64,000 nt of DNA from Octopus sinensis (taxonomy: Eukaryota): assembly GCF_006345805.1 (NCBI RefSeq), contig NC_043019.1, positions 28,023,360 to 28,087,359 on the forward strand, written 5' to 3'. Of the stretch, positions 44,701 through 59,776 are shown piece by piece (the stretch's first letter is position 1; every line of letters begins with the position of its first letter). A model generated the notes under the pieces. That model was given only the letters and a program-made list of their open reading frames with translations, ran no database searches and was not told where the DNA came from. A program made the translations under genes and the position numbers.

Positions 44701-45871
44701 TCCCATTAAATGGGTTTTTTTTTTTGAAAAACCATTCCTTACTGTACAGAACATTTATAGGTCCACCATCTTAGAAAATCTCTTGACCTGCTAGAAATAG
44801 CAGCCAAATCTCAACTGACTATCTTTAAAGGGTAAGGAAACATTGCATAATATAGTCCTTGATATACAATGCCTGAACAAAAAAAAAAAAAGCAAAACAA
44901 AACTATAAGATGATTATAACTGTAACAGTTTTGTTCACTGGTCCTTGTTTGATCGGTATTGATCAGGCCTTATACAACAGTCCCTAAGCAATCAGACTGC
45001 CATCAATGTGAAGGAGTGCTTCTCCTTGATTCAGTGCTCTTATACTCTCTCTTTTACTCTTTTACTTGTTTCAGTCAGTTGACTGCGGCCATGCTGGAGC
45101 ACCGCCTTTAGTCGAGCAACTCGACCCCGGGACTTATTCTTTGTAAGCCCAGTACTTATTCTATCGGTCTCTTTTGCCGAACCGCTAAGTAACGGGGACA
45201 TAAACACACCAGCATCGGTTGTCAAACAATGTTGGGGGGATAAACACAGACACACAAACACACACACATACATATATATATACATACATATATACGATGG
45301 GCTTCTTTCAGTTTCCGTCTACCAAATCCACTCACAAGGCTTTGGTCGGCCCGAGGCTATAGTAGAAGACACTTGCCCAAGGTGCCACGCAGTGGGACTG
45401 AACCCGGAACCATGTGGTTGGTAAGCAAGCTACTTACCACTAGCAACAGTTACTTTATCCAACATACTTTACCCAGCAGTTACTGTATCAAAGTCACTTT
45501 ATCCAACAGCTATTTTATTAAGCAGGCAGTTTATCCAGTAACTATTATACCCAGAGGCTATATTATCCAGCAGTTATTTTATTGAACGGCTTCTTTGTCC
45601 AACAGCTACTTTAACCAACATCCTAAGAAAAACACTGTTAACCTTAGAATATACCTGATTCTCTTAAAATTTTTTCAACGATGAAATGTTAGAAATTTAA
45701 CAGAAACTTATTTCTCAGAATTTGGTCTCCTTTTCCGGCAATATATCCTTGTAAATCATAAAGGACACCCATAGTAAAATCTCCATCTTACTGCTGAGGT
45801 CTCTGGGTGAAACTTGGAACAGTTAATATAAAACAAATCAATAACAATGTAAAAAAAAAAAAAGAAAAAGA

Positions 45872-45913
<42 letters not shown>

Positions 45914-46190
45914 CTTTTCTACTATAAGCACAAGGCCTGAAATTTTTTGGGAAAGGGCAAGACAATTACATCGACCCCGGAGCTCTAGGTACTTTTGTCA
46001 ACCCAAAAAGGATGAAAAGCAACACTGATCTCGGTGGGATTTGAACTCAGAACATAAAAGATGGACAAACTGTAGCTAAGCATTATTTTCTAGTGTGCTA
46101 TTTTATGTTTTTTTTAATGATGATTTTCATATTATTTTAAATTTTTTCATATTTTGTTTCATAAAACTTATTTTTCCATAATTGTTTTCA

Positions 46191-46227
<37 letters not shown>

Positions 46228-46678
46228 GCTATTACTTTAAAATTTCTTGATCCTTTCTCACTTTTTATTCGTTTATAAGTTTTCGCTTCCGGTAAATTTC
46301 TGAATGATTTAGCATAAACAACAACAACGACAACAACAAGAAATAACATGTGGTGGGGTTTCTGAACAAAGAAGGAACAGGTTCAATTTTGGAAGCTGTT
46401 CAGAAATTTCTCGGTCATTTTGTCTCATTCTGTCGACTTTGTGCAACGGAATACAGCCATACAGCAACAACAACAACATGAAGATCTGTGTCGTTTTTTT
46501 TTTTAATAAACAGACCCAAATAGGATTGTGCCATTTGTGGCCTTAATATAATAGGTTTATATAAACATAGGGTGTGTATGTGTGTGTGTGATTGTGTGAG
46601 TGTGTGTCTGCATATAAAAATGACAATGAAATATACAATTTCCTTCATGGCTATATAATAGGAGTTATAAGTTTACTT

Positions 46679-46732
<54 letters not shown>

Positions 46733-49700
46733 ACATATATTGTAATAATAATAATAATAAAATATGGTACAGGAGGATGACAAAGGAACATATGGAAAAC
46801 AGAGAGAAACATGCAATGGACACTATCACCCCTCATCAGTTATTGACTAAATTTCATCACAATTTCAACACCTTATATATGTACACACAGACAGTCAAAG
46901 GCATACATACATGCATACATGCACATATATATATACACTTATATACACACATACTTAAATTTAAAAAGACAAGAGTAATGTACTCAATACCAAAGTAAGA
47001 GTATAAGTATTTATGATAGAACTGCAATTACTCTCTGTTTCTATTCTGAGTTTTGTGATTATTTGCTGATCATGTAACGACTGTTGCAACCCCTTTTATC
47101 AATTCCAGGCAAAGCTGACCATGGCAGGATTTGAACTCAGAACATAACAGGCCAAAACTAAACTCTAGAAAGTATTTAGTCCACTGTCCTACCAATTTTT
47201 TCAAAGACAACTAAGTCAATCAGGTTGACAGTTTATAACCAGTTATGTATAATGTATTGTGTTTGTAATATAACACAGTTGATGTTTAATGGCTATAATT
47301 TCCTGGCTGTAAATATTGCTTACTATTGTAAACAGTGGCAGCATAGTAAATTTGATGGATGTTTTCTTTAGCAGTCAGTAATGTGTCTTATTTGTTGTCA
47401 ATTTAACCTGCAGCTTACCTTCCCATTTAACATGTAGTCTACCTGGCCATCAAACACACAGTCTAAACCTAACCCTAATCCTTATCCTAAACCTAATTCT
47501 GACCCTAAACTTTAACTCTTAATCCTAACCCAGATCAGAAATTTCACAGTGTAGACTACAGATACTGCAGTAGACTGCACACCCAAGTAACACCACTTAT
47601 TGTTTCTATGCTGCAAGAGAAAGACATAGTAAGGCTATTCTACTACATTGAACACTGGCTGTCACAGAACCTACTATCAACAACACATGAGAGTTTAAAG
47701 TATTTAACTCTTTAGCATTTAAACTGGCCATATCTAGCCCAAATATTCTGTTTTATGCTCCAATCAGCCAGGTCCCATCTCTCACACCTGTCCTGCAATG
47801 TCATTCTAAAAATATACAATCATATCATCAAAATCTTGAAGCTACCAGATAAAGACTCCCTTCAGTCATGAATGCTCATGGGATTGATCCTAAAAAGTTA
47901 CCTTCTGAGACACAAGTCTGGGCAAGGTTGTTTATGGAAGACAGCAGTTGCCCGTTTATACCAACCTCCCCTCTCTATGTCAGTGATGTCGTAACTTATT
48001 TCTACAACTGAGTGAATGTGGAATAATGTGCCTTGCTCAAAAATACAACACAGAACCAGCCCAGTCCAGGAACCAAACTCACTACCTCATGATTGTGAGC
48101 CCTTCTCACTAAATACTGAGCTATGCATCGACAAGATAATACATGATTAACTGAAAACAATGTGAATAAATAAGCAATACCTTTGACAGAGTAATCTGAA
48201 TGCTAAAGGGTTAATATCGACACGGTTGAAAAGGGTAGGTCAGAAGAAATAAGGATTAGGGCACTCTACAGTGTATCTGCCCCTGTTAGCTTTTTATACA
48301 GTAGCTAAACGATCCACTGCTTCTGAACAATGTCTACCATGGGGTAAGAAGCTAACGAGGCTCTGATTAGTTAATGGTAAACAGTTGGAGTCTATAAGCT
48401 TGATAACAAATCCACAACCCGCAGAGGTTTTTGGATGCAAGTAATTTTGTTTATAAAATCAAAGGTACCATAGCCAGTGAGAACAATTAAATATCTACTA
48501 AGGAGAACAACTAGAATCTGTGGAAAATGGTAAGGAGTGGGGGAAGATAGGAAAGTGGATAGAATATGTCTGGGTGTTAAGGAGACGTGTTTCTTAATAT
48601 TTCTCAATTTGTCCTATGATGCTATCTCATTGTCAAGATATGATGCAAAACTGAGTAGCAACAGAGTGAATCAGTAACTGTCTTCTGATGACTATAAACT
48701 TCATGTCATGTATTGAGTACTTTTTTTTTACAACCAAAATCTATGTGTTTGAGTGTATATATAAATATATACAAGCACATAGATAGATAGATAGAAAGAT
48801 AGATAGTTAGACCGACAGATAGATAGACAGACAAATATTTAGACAAACAGATGGGCATAGAAGCAGATAGGAAGTTAAGTAAGTAGATAGATATAAAAGA
48901 AAATAGGCAATGGCCTTTGAGAAAAACCAAACCAATGTTACTTCTGGATTAAGGAGTATACCAGAGCCATGTGTACATACACACACACACACATGCATTC
49001 ATTGACTGTTATTACCTACTGGGAGTTTACATCATCCATGGATTCATCACAGGAGTGATTTTGGTATCACCTGGTAATTCAATTAAACAGCCAATGGCTT
49101 GTACGTCTTTGACATACATAAATTATGTATACACAATAATATTATGTACACACAAACGCATATATACACACATATGCATACATACATACATACGCTTTTG
49201 AAGGGAGTATTTATTTTGTCAGTCTTATTAGAAACAAAGGGCAAAGTTGTCTTTGGTGTCAAAGAACAATAACCGAGTCAGACACATGCACATATGGCTC
49301 AGGTATATATATATATATATATATACAGCACTTGCAATGCCTGCAAAAAATATAAAAAGTCAGCGTTTCAGCCTGTATGCTGTCTTGAGTCCTTACTAAT
49401 CGTAATGAAAGGAAGACATGAGATGGAAGGAGAAGGAATGTAATACAAGCAAATACTATATCTCAGAGTATGGCAAGATGACAATGTTAATAATAATAAT
49501 TTCTACTAAAGGCACAAGGCCTGAAATTTGGGGTGAGGGGACTAGCTGCTTACCTATTTCTTTACTACCCACAAGGGGATAAACACAGGGGACAAACAAG
49601 GACAGATAAATGGATTAAGTCGATTATATCAACCCCAGTGCGCAACTGGTACCTAATGTATAGACCCAGAAAGGATGAAAGGTAAAGTCAACCTCGGCGG

Positions 49701-50734
49701 AATTTGAACTCAGAACGTAGCGACAGACGAAATACTGCTAAGCATTTCGCCCAGCGTGCTAACGTTTCTGTCAGCTCGCCGCCTTAGTTGCTTACATCGA
49801 CCCCAGTGTTTCACTGGTATTTAATTTATCAACCTTAAAACGATGAAAGGCAAAGTCGACCTTGGCACAATTTGAACTCAGAATGTAAAGATAGACAAAA
49901 TGCCAGCAAGCATTTTATCTGGCGTAGTATCGATAATAACAATCGTTTCTAGTATTGGCGCAGTTTAGAAGGTGGAGGAGGTTTTAGTTGATTAAGCATT
50001 GATACTACCCCAATACTTGACAGCTATTTCATTTTATCAATTCTGAGAAGGATCAATGACAAAGTTCACCTTGGTGGGATTTGAACTCAAAACACAAAAT
50101 GTCAAAACTGCAAGGCATTTTGTCCCACGCTGTAATGATTATGAACAGTTAACACAGGTTATTTCTGAGTGAGATTATTAATAGCCCCTGGTTGCTTAGA
50201 GATTGGAAAAGGTGACTTGGAAGGCTTCCATGACAGTTGGAAGATGACTGAGTTAAGCAATTTGGGTGAAGATGGAAAAGAATGGCACAATCAAGACAGA
50301 ATCAGAAGTGCATAGTGATCAGTGGTGTGTAACAGCACCTGATGATCTGGTTGCTATTGTGATTTCTGACTTGACCAGAGACTGCTTAAGATAAAAGGCA
50401 AGTATAATGGGATGTTGAAATATTCATGTCTCTCCCAAGGGCATGACTGGAGAGAAATAAGTCAAAAATAATTTAAACTATATCACAGGATTATATAAAC
50501 TGCTTTTTCGTTGCTCAGCATTGTATCATTTAATATTGCTTTTTGATATTTTTTTTTTAATCAGACACAAATTCATTATAATTTTTGGCAAGAGGGAAAT
50601 GGCTGATGTGATATAGGTTTTAATGAGCATTACTGAGACATAGCTTCAACTGGGGATCGAAGCTTCAATGTGATATCAGCTTGATTACTATTGACGTATC
50701 TATCTACATTCCTACTACTTATTTATCGAGCTGT

Positions 50735-51060
50735 CTATTTTGTTGGGTGACTTGTCTGGACTAATGCAACTCTTTCACACCAGACAACCCAGTTTTCCAT
50801 AATGGTCTTCATATCTTCACCCTGACAACCAATGCATTTAACAAATTGATTGAAATATGCTCTTCTTGGTCTGCCGATACCTGTATGTCCATGAATGGGT
50901 TTCCAGAGGAGGAGATCACCAAATATTTCATCCTTGCTTCTCCTGCAGTGTCCTGTATCATGCGTTCTTTTCTCCGATAACTGAGGCGAAGGTAGGAAGA
51001 CTGCCATACAGTTGCTGCTTTGTAGGATGTCAACTTGCAATGAATCCCCATCATCTTTTT
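50735..51060 (-). mobile_element. RTE-type LINE 3' fragment
   Basis: HPTKQQLYGSLP / GHCRRSKDEIFGDLLLWKPIHGHTGIGRPRRAYFNQ; same family as 3090 and 28790. Confidence 0.75.
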
Positions 51061-51547
51061 CTGTATCCTGCACCAAAACATTGGGCTCAATCCTTTTCCT
51101 CAGAACCTTGGCCCTCTATATTTCATTCTCATAATGCCAATATTTTTTCCTACAGCTACAAATTTATAATTACTCAGGAGGCTCCCTGGCTGTTGAACGC
51201 AATAGCACAGCCCCTTTCCTTGGGAATTGGGTGTTGCAATAGCAATAGCACAGCCCCTTCCTCTGACCAAATTAATAACAAAAATAAATAAATGAATAAA
51301 ATTGCTGCAGTCTTTTGTCACCCCTTTCATGAAGTTCCGTGTCATGAGATGATCAGACCTTATCACTTATCCTCCCTCCCACAAAAACGAAAATCCCTAG
51401 AAATCAAATACATCAATATCTTCAAAAGTCTAGAATGAACTACAGAAGATACAGGTACTGCCCCTCTTTCCTAACCAGTGCTTAATCCTTGGGAATTGGG
51501 TGTTGCACTCATGATCTCAAGATTGTGGTTTCCAGGACTGGGTGATG

Positions 51548-51790
51548 TTCATTTCATTTCATTTCATTTGAGTTTGAGTCCATGCTCAGGCCAAGTCGAA
51601 GACTCCACCCTCAGAGTCTGGTGTGGTTGCCAGGTTGTATTCTCTGTTTAATTTTGACATGTGTAGGAGCGAGTTTGAGTCAGTTTGTGCTCGTTGTGTA
51701 TATCCTGGGAGATGGGGTTCATCTCTAATGGTGCTTAAGTATCTATCCAGCTGCAATTTGAATGATTCCACACTGCATCCTGATGTGTTG
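51548..51790 (-). mobile_element. CR1-like LINE 3' end
   Basis: SGCSVESFKLQLDRYLSTIRDEPHLPGY...SNSL followed by an (AAATG)n tail. Confidence 0.6.
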
Positions 51791-52575
51791 TGTTCTTGAG
51801 CCAAACATTCCTTAACATTGGTCCAGTATACTCAGCTGGCAAAAATGAGCAATCCTGCATCCAAAGGTGAAATATATTTCCCACAGAATCCTGGAAACTG
51901 GTCTTATGAACCTATGGCAGAGGAAGGCCCTTTGATCCTCTTTTTTAATGTGTACTGATCCAGCCTGACAAGCTGCCTGGTTTAAGACCACCACCTAGTC
52001 CCTGAATGGATTTAGCTAGCAGAGATCATTAACTTGTAAATTAGTCATGGGAAACTTGTGGTCCATGGGACATTCGGAATGGCACACCAAACAGAAAATT
52101 ACTTTGAACTTTTTAATAGTGTGACCCATGTGATAATGAGCCATGTCTCATGTGGCCCTCTTCACAAAAAAGGGTTCCCTGTTCCTATTGTAAATTAAGA
52201 CAACCTATCTCTTAATATTTTTTTTATTTCCTGAGGACACTGAACCTGGTGGGTTTGCAAAGGTCAATAAAACTGTGCCCTTCACCCCTGAATAAGGCAG
52301 ATAAAAAAGGAACATAGCAAGGGATCAAACATAGAAGGGGACATGGGGATTTCTTTAAATTTGTTACCTGGACAGGAAAGTAAATAATAGCAAAGTGAAT
52401 AACATCAACCAGTCGACAAGGTTTTAAATGAAATCTTAAAAACTCCAGGTTCAAATCTGAGACCCTGCTGGTCAAAAACTCTCAAAGGACAAATAAATAG
52501 GACTTTGACTATCCTGCTAGTGTGTGTGTTATTCTACAACAATATACACGTGTATGTGTATATATATATATATAC

Positions 52576-52627
<52 letters not shown>

Positions 52628-52812
52628 TATATATTTACAACACAAACTGACCCCTGAAGTCCCTTTAGCATTATTTAAACAATATAGAATTTTTTAATTT
52701 CCTTACAATTTATAGAACTATCATTACCATTTTGTAACTATACATATATATATATATATAAAATAAGCAAAAGAGATTAATAAATCCAGGTGGATATCTA
52801 GAAAGCTCCCAG

Positions 52813-53512
52813 CAGTGGTGGCTCAGAGATAAAATTAGTGGGGGTGCTGCTCTTCAGAAAATTTGTAGCTGTTGTTTTTATATTGTGTAAAAAGAAACAA
52901 ACGTATAAGAAGAAAATTTATACATAAACTTGATCAGTTTGCATTTTAGCCACTGCCAGATAGTGTGTTTAATTTGTTCACTAAATTCCCCCTTGTTTTT
53001 TTAAAAAATCCGTCCCCTAAATCACAAAATAAGGTGGGACCGCCCCCTAAATCACAAAATAAAGTGGGAGAATCTGCCCTATTTTTCAAATTCTGGAAGC
53101 AGGATAATAATCTAATTCTACACTTTATCACATTCAAGAATATAAACACATTTTAAAGCCCAACACAGGCAGAGTCAAAAAGAAACACTACCTTTCACCA
53201 GCACTGCGTGAACCATGACGATCTCTCTCCCTAGCATGAAGCTTCCTATCTCGGACATGTAAGCATGCACATAACAGCCAAACAACCACGTTACTGGAAC
53301 TTTGAAGTGCACAGTTCCATACAAGGACTTTTGTATTCTTTTCATAAACTAAGGGATGGCTACCAACATTAAGCTTAAGGATTATATAATGTACAAGTAT
53401 AAAGAAAGAATTAAAGAAAAAAAGGACTCATTATATTGAATGTTATCTATAATATCGTGAAGAAATAAAGGGGAGTTGCAGTTCCACATTTCCTATACAC
53501 GAGCCGCCACTG
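52813..53512. mobile_element. Non-autonomous hAT-type DNA transposon, 700 bp
   Basis: 12-bp TIR CAGTGGTGGCTC / GAGCCGCCACTG (1 mismatch); 8-bp TSD GCTCCCAG / GCTCTCAG. Confidence 0.85.
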
Positions 53513-54807
53513 GCTCTCAGTGTTAACCAAATTTGGTAAACTATATTAACCAATCAGATACCAATAAATTCAAGTAGAATTAACATATATTTTTGTATAT
53601 ATTAATCTGACTGGCATTTTATACCTTCTGTTCTGTATTTAAATATGTTGGCACAAGAGAAACAATCACAGGTAAGAATGGTGCAACCGTTAATTAAAGA
53701 TGTGATTGATTGCATTCTTGGTCTTGTTATTCATTCATTCATTTAGTCATACATACATACATACATACACACATATATATATACATACAGTAACTAAGAG
53801 CACATGCGTTTGAAAAGGTTAATTGAAAGTACTCATACAATCGGAAAAAAATCTTCTTCCAAAAAAGGTTAGTAACATCCTGATAAAAGACTTCATAACT
53901 TAATAAAAAAAATCCCCTTTATTTACTCTTTTACTTGTTTCAGTCATTTGACTGCGGCCATGCTGGAGCACCGCTTTTAATCGAGTAACTCGACCCCGGG
54001 ACTTATTCTTTTGTAAGCCCAGTACTTATTCTATTGGTCTCTATTGCCGAACCACTAAGTAACGGGGACATAAACACACCAGCATCGGTTGTCAAGCAAT
54101 GCTAGGGGGACAAACACAGACACACAAACACACACACGCACATATATATATATATATATATGACGGGCTTCTTTTCAGTTTCCGTCTACCAAATCCACTC
54201 ACAAGGCTTTGGTCGGCCCGAGGCTATAGTAGAAGACACTTGCCCAAGGTGCCACGCAGTGGGACTGAACCTGGAACCATGTGGTTGGTAAACAAGCTAC
54301 TTACCACACAGCCTCTCCTGCACCTTGAAAACTATATATATATAAATATATATGGTGAACGAAGGCTGTGTAAAGGGGTGGGTGGGATAAAGAAAGGGAG
54401 AAAGAAGGCATTAACCCCTTAGCATTTAAACGGACCATATCTGGCCAAAATATTCTACCTGTTTTATGTTCAAACTGGCCAGACCTAGCCTCTCACACTT
54501 ACCATGAAATGTCATTTTAAAAATATGCAATCACATGATCTGAATCCCAAAGCTATGAGATAAATACATGGTTAATTCAAAACAATCAATAAATAAGTAT
54601 TACATTTGACAGGATAATGTGAATACTAAAAGGGTAAAGCAGCTGAACTGATTATGGTCATTAGCCATCTTACATTAGTACTACAAGCAGCCTTGAACCA
54701 TCTGCATGTGTGTGTCCAAAACATATATTCAGTTAAACTTCCTTGAAATCACACTCTACCATTAAAATAGACACCCCACCTAAAAAAAAACCTTGACAAG
54801 TTAAATA

Positions 54808-55037
54808 TATTTCTTTACTACCCACAAGGGGCTAAACACAGAGGGGACAAACAAGGACAGACAAAGGGATTAAGTCGATTACATCGATCCCAGTGCATCA
54901 CTGGTACTTCATTTATCGACCCCGAAAGGATGAAAGGCAAAGTCGACCTCTGCATAATTTGAACTCAGAACGTAACGGCAGACGAAATACGGCTACGCAT
55001 TTCGCCCGGCGTGCTAACGTTTCTGCCAGCTCGCCGC
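54808..55037 (-). mobile_element. tRNA-derived SINE family C with 11-bp TSD
   Basis: Head ggcggcgagctggcagaa...gagttcaaatt; TSD caagttaaata (54797-54807 / 55038-55048). Copies at about 11600,18715,21131,23365,26520,29573 (17-bp TSD),37790-38830,45920,49500,61120. Confidence 0.85.
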
Positions 55038-55406
55038 CAAGTTAAATAATGTAATTCTAATAATATATTTGAAAAAAAAAGACATAGTAATGATAGATGT
55101 AACAGCTTTTATCATTGGTCTGTTCAATGAGGACCAAGTAGGTTCTATATGATGACATCTGTCCTTGACCAAATAAATCTGTCCCTGTCCAAAACGTCAA
55201 AAATTTAGCTCCCTTTATGATACACATTTGTCTAACTGATTGATGCCCTACACTCTACAGGTTTGGCTGAAGCAAGGCTTGACTATTAGCAACACCAACA
55301 ACTAGCCTTGTTTCTAAATAAAAGACAACAACAACAACAAAAACTGACTTCATTTTTACATTAGAAACACACACACACATGTATGTGCGCATACATATAT
55401 ATGTAT

Positions 55407-55438
<32 letters not shown>

Positions 55439-55620
55439 GGCTTTATGTAAAGTAGCAATAGTAAAGCATTGTTATTTGTAGGTGTTGAACACATCAAGTG
55501 TCATGATTTGATGTTTGTATGTTTATAGGTTTGTTTTTGTTTTGATAATTTCAAAAGGAATTGATTGGTCTTTAGTCTTTGGTATGGAGTTCTTCTCAAC
55601 CAGCACTTACAAAAATTCCA

Positions 55621-55942
55621 AGATATATATATATATATATAGATATACACATACATACATATGTAGATATATATTATACATACTATGTATATATAATATA
55701 CATACATATATATACTATATAGATATAGATATATATATATATATATACACCACTTATATACAACATATGTATATATACTTATATACATATATATATATAC
55801 TTATATACATACATACATATACTTATATACATACATACATATACTTATATACATACATACATACATATACTTATATACATACATACATATATATATATAT
55901 ATACTTATACACACACACACACACACATATATATATACTTAT

Positions 55943-55975
<33 letters not shown>

Positions 55976-56222
55976 CTTATATACATACATATATATATAC
56001 ACTAATATACATACATATATATATACACTAATATACATACATACATATATACACTAATATACATACATACATATATACACTACATATACATACATACATA
56101 TATATACACTAATATACATACATACATATATATACACTAATATACATAATACTATATATAACTAATATACATACATACATATATATACACTAATATACAT
56201 ACATACATATATATACACTAAT

Positions 56223-56296
<74 letters not shown>

Positions 56297-56300
56297 GATA
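55621..56300. repeat. Compound (TA)n/(TACA)n microsatellite
   Basis: Directly visible; other large TA tracts at 2605-2790, 52560-52630 and 59200-59580; (AAT)n at 45871-45912. Confidence 0.95.
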
Positions 56301-56639
56301 TGAGCATTTACATATTATATATATGCACATATACACAGCACACATTCATTTATTTATTTATTCAAAGCTGAAAACTTCCTCCAAGTTTTACATTTCCAAT
56401 CTTTGCAGTGATTGAGGCTCAAATATCAGATATTACTCAGTCCCAAGATCTTCATTCATTCAGATCATGTGGTATGTAATTTTTAATATCTGCTGTTGAA
56501 GGATAATCAGCATATAAGAATTGTTCCTGTCAGTGATGAGGACGGGCAGTTTGTGGTTGATTAATACAACAGTTTGGTATGGATTTCTATTATACATGAT
56601 GGCAATGTAGTACTTGCTATTCCAAGTTTTATTGCATGT

Positions 56640-56960
56640 AGGATGTTCTTCTGTTTTAAAAAGTGTTTATTTTCATACCTGCATTTTGACACTAGCTCTT
56701 ACTTTCTGCTCAGCATATCAAATTTTGCAAAAGATGATATCTATTTTTTATCTGTTGAGACAAGAGGATTAGTCTGGTGACAAGTCAGGATAAATAACAA
56801 TGTTGGTGAATTGCTTTTCCTTGAGCTTCCAGATATTTTGAGTAACAAGACAGAATTTATTTCTACATCTCAAGGAAACCATTGAACATGTTTGCTCTTG
56901 AAACTATTTTCATTAATACAGTGTACTTTTTTGTTAGCATTCTCTGAGGATTCTTTCACT
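56640..56960 (-). mobile_element. Decayed Penelope-like element, GIY-YIG C-terminal region
   Basis: Frameshifted remnants IWKLKEK and ELVSKCRYENKHFLK match the typical IWELKDK...ELVSKCRHENK end of Penelope-like ORFs. Confidence 0.6.
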
Positions 56961-57845
56961 TGACACATTAAAATCTTTGTTAGTTCTTACCATTGGGTGA
57001 ACAAGATACTGTATTGGTGCAGTTGTATTCAAGTGGGTGAGGTTTGATCCCTTACATATTTGACTGTTTCCTTCTCTCTAGCTAAGAAGTTAAAATATTT
57101 TCAGAGAAACTATAATTAAATTTTACACTGATTTTGTTGAACAACTTATGGTATGTGTGGTTGATAGGGAAATGTTTGTTTTACAATGTCTGTAACCTTT
57201 TAATTATTTTTCATGATACAATCATACAAAATATGGAACTGCCTTATTTTTCTTTTTCTGCCTCTGTTAGTCTCTTTTACTTGTTTCAGTCATTTGACTG
57301 CGATCATGCTGGAGCACCGCCTTTAGGTATGTGAATTATGATTTTCTATGTACTATTATTCTTCTTTAATTCCACTCTATTTTAGCACATCATTATAGTA
57401 ATGAGTAGCATGACTGAATGTTCATTGTCAGAAGATATATTTGATCTTTCTGCTTATGTTGTTGACTAGGTTTTTTAATGATTGTAAAGGATGACTTGAA
57501 GCTTTGTAGTAAGATGTTTGCTTCACAACTATGTGGTTCTGGGTTCAGTCACATTGCATGACACCTTGGGTGAGTGTCTTCTACTACAGCACCAAGCTGA
57601 TCAAAGTCTTGTGAGTGGATTTGGTAGACAAACTGAAAGAAGCCTATCATATACTCTTTACTCTTTTACTTGTTTCAGTCATTTGACTGTGGCCATACTG
57701 GAGTACCACCTTTAGTCGAGCAAATCAACCCCAAGACTTATTCTTTGTAAGCTTAGTACTTATTATATCGGTCTCTTTTGCCGAACTGCTGGTGTAAACA
57801 CACCAGCATTGGTTGTCAAGCAATGTTGGGGGGACAAACACACAC

Positions 57846-57876
<31 letters not shown>

Positions 57877-59201
57877 CGATGGGCTTCTTTCAGTTTCTGT
57901 CTACCTAATCCACTCACAAGGCTTTGGTTGGCCTGAGGCTATAGTAGAAGACACTTGCCCAAAGTGCCACGCAATGGGACTGAACCCGGAACCATGTGGT
58001 TGGTAAGCAAGCCACCATACATACATAATATATATATATATAATATATATATATATATATACATGTGTGTGTGTTAATGTCTCCTTACCATGACATCACA
58101 TGGTAGTTGTAAACTTGACATATCTCAACAAAAGACACATTGGCGTATAAAATTGCTTACTGCAGTTTAAGGGTAATGAAATTTTGAGAGAATATATCTG
58201 ATTTTCACAGTCAATGGATTCAACAACAGTCTCAAACTGTCTTCGAGGATCGATAAGTATCAATCTAAAATTGAGGGTGGGGCGATTTGACCCTTTAATT
58301 GTGAAATTAAATTTCATGATTATTCTAAGTATGATTCTCTTTCTCTTTTACTTGTTTCAGTCATTTGACTGCGGCCATGCTGGAGCACCGCCTTTAGTCG
58401 AGCAAATCGACCCCGGGACTTATTCTTTGTAAGCCCAGTGCTTATTCTATCGGTCTCTTTTGCCGAACCGCTAAGTGACGGGGACGTAAACACACCAGCA
58501 TCGGTTGTCAAGCAATGCTAGGGGGACAAACACAGACACACATACACACACACTTATATATATATATACATATATACGACAGGCTTCTTTCAGTTTCCGT
58601 CTACCAAATCCACTCACAAGGCATTGGTTGGCCCGGGGCTATAGCAGAAGACACTTGCCCAAGATGCCACGCAGTGGGACTGAACCCGGAACCATGTGGT
58701 TGGTTAGCAAGCTACTTACCACACAGCCACTCCTGCGCCTGATGTTAAATATCTACCAAAAAAATAGAATCGGTATATTCTGCGAATCATGTTAGCTCAA
58801 TAAACTTGAGATGTCTCAACAAAAAAATAGGTTCAAACATGACATTCCTCAACAAATAATAGATTTTTTATATAAAATTGCTTTCTGCAGTTAGGGATAA
58901 CGAAATTTTAAGTGGATGTATTTGATTTCTATAACAAAAGAGTTAAAATGGTAGGTTGTTATGTGGTAGAAAAACAGCCACTTCTCACACAAATGGGAGA
59001 GAATTCTAACTGTTGACTAGCCTCAACAACAGCTGTTATAAATAACATACCACATGTACCAAACCAGCTGATAAATTGTGGTTGAAAGAAAATCATTGAG
59101 ACTATTTGAAACTTGATATTTGAAAATCAGTTGCTGTGAAGAATAGAAATGAGAAACCTAAAATAGCATCAAAGCAAAGCCTCAATTTTGAATAAACACA
59201 T

Positions 59202-59246
<45 letters not shown>

Positions 59247-59390
59247 CATATATATATGATTGTATATGTATAAGTGTTTGTGTATGTATAAATATATATG
59301 TATTTGTATATATATATGTATACATATATATATGTGTGTATATATATATGCATATAAATATATATATATATATGTGAATATATTATATGA

Positions 59391-59442
<52 letters not shown>

Positions 59443-59466
59443 TATGTGAATATATTATATATATGA

Positions 59467-59578
<112 letters not shown>

Positions 59579-59637
59579 GATGTATCTGCATCCATATATA
59601 ATGTAAGTTGGTGTGCCAAAGCTGGAACAGTGTCGTC

Positions 59638-59776
59638 TCAAAGTCCAGTGTAAAGAGGTTGTTCCGGAGGAGGGTTAGGATTGGTAGATGACTGACTGGC
59701 AGAGTTGTTACTCGGAGCTGGCTGACGGGAAGTTGACTCTTTTTGCTTCTTGTGCAAGTTTTCCTCCCCTGAATCC
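59638..59776 (-). CDS. SNX29: SNX29 probable last coding exon
   Basis: aaacag|G+[45 protein letters not shown]; phase matches the upstream exon, but the sequence is not recognisably conserved. Confidence 0.75.

Noticed and set aside
48240-48607. L2/Crack-like LINE remnant (KITCIQKPLRV...)
   Set aside because: Similarity too weak to call by eye; needs an HMM search.
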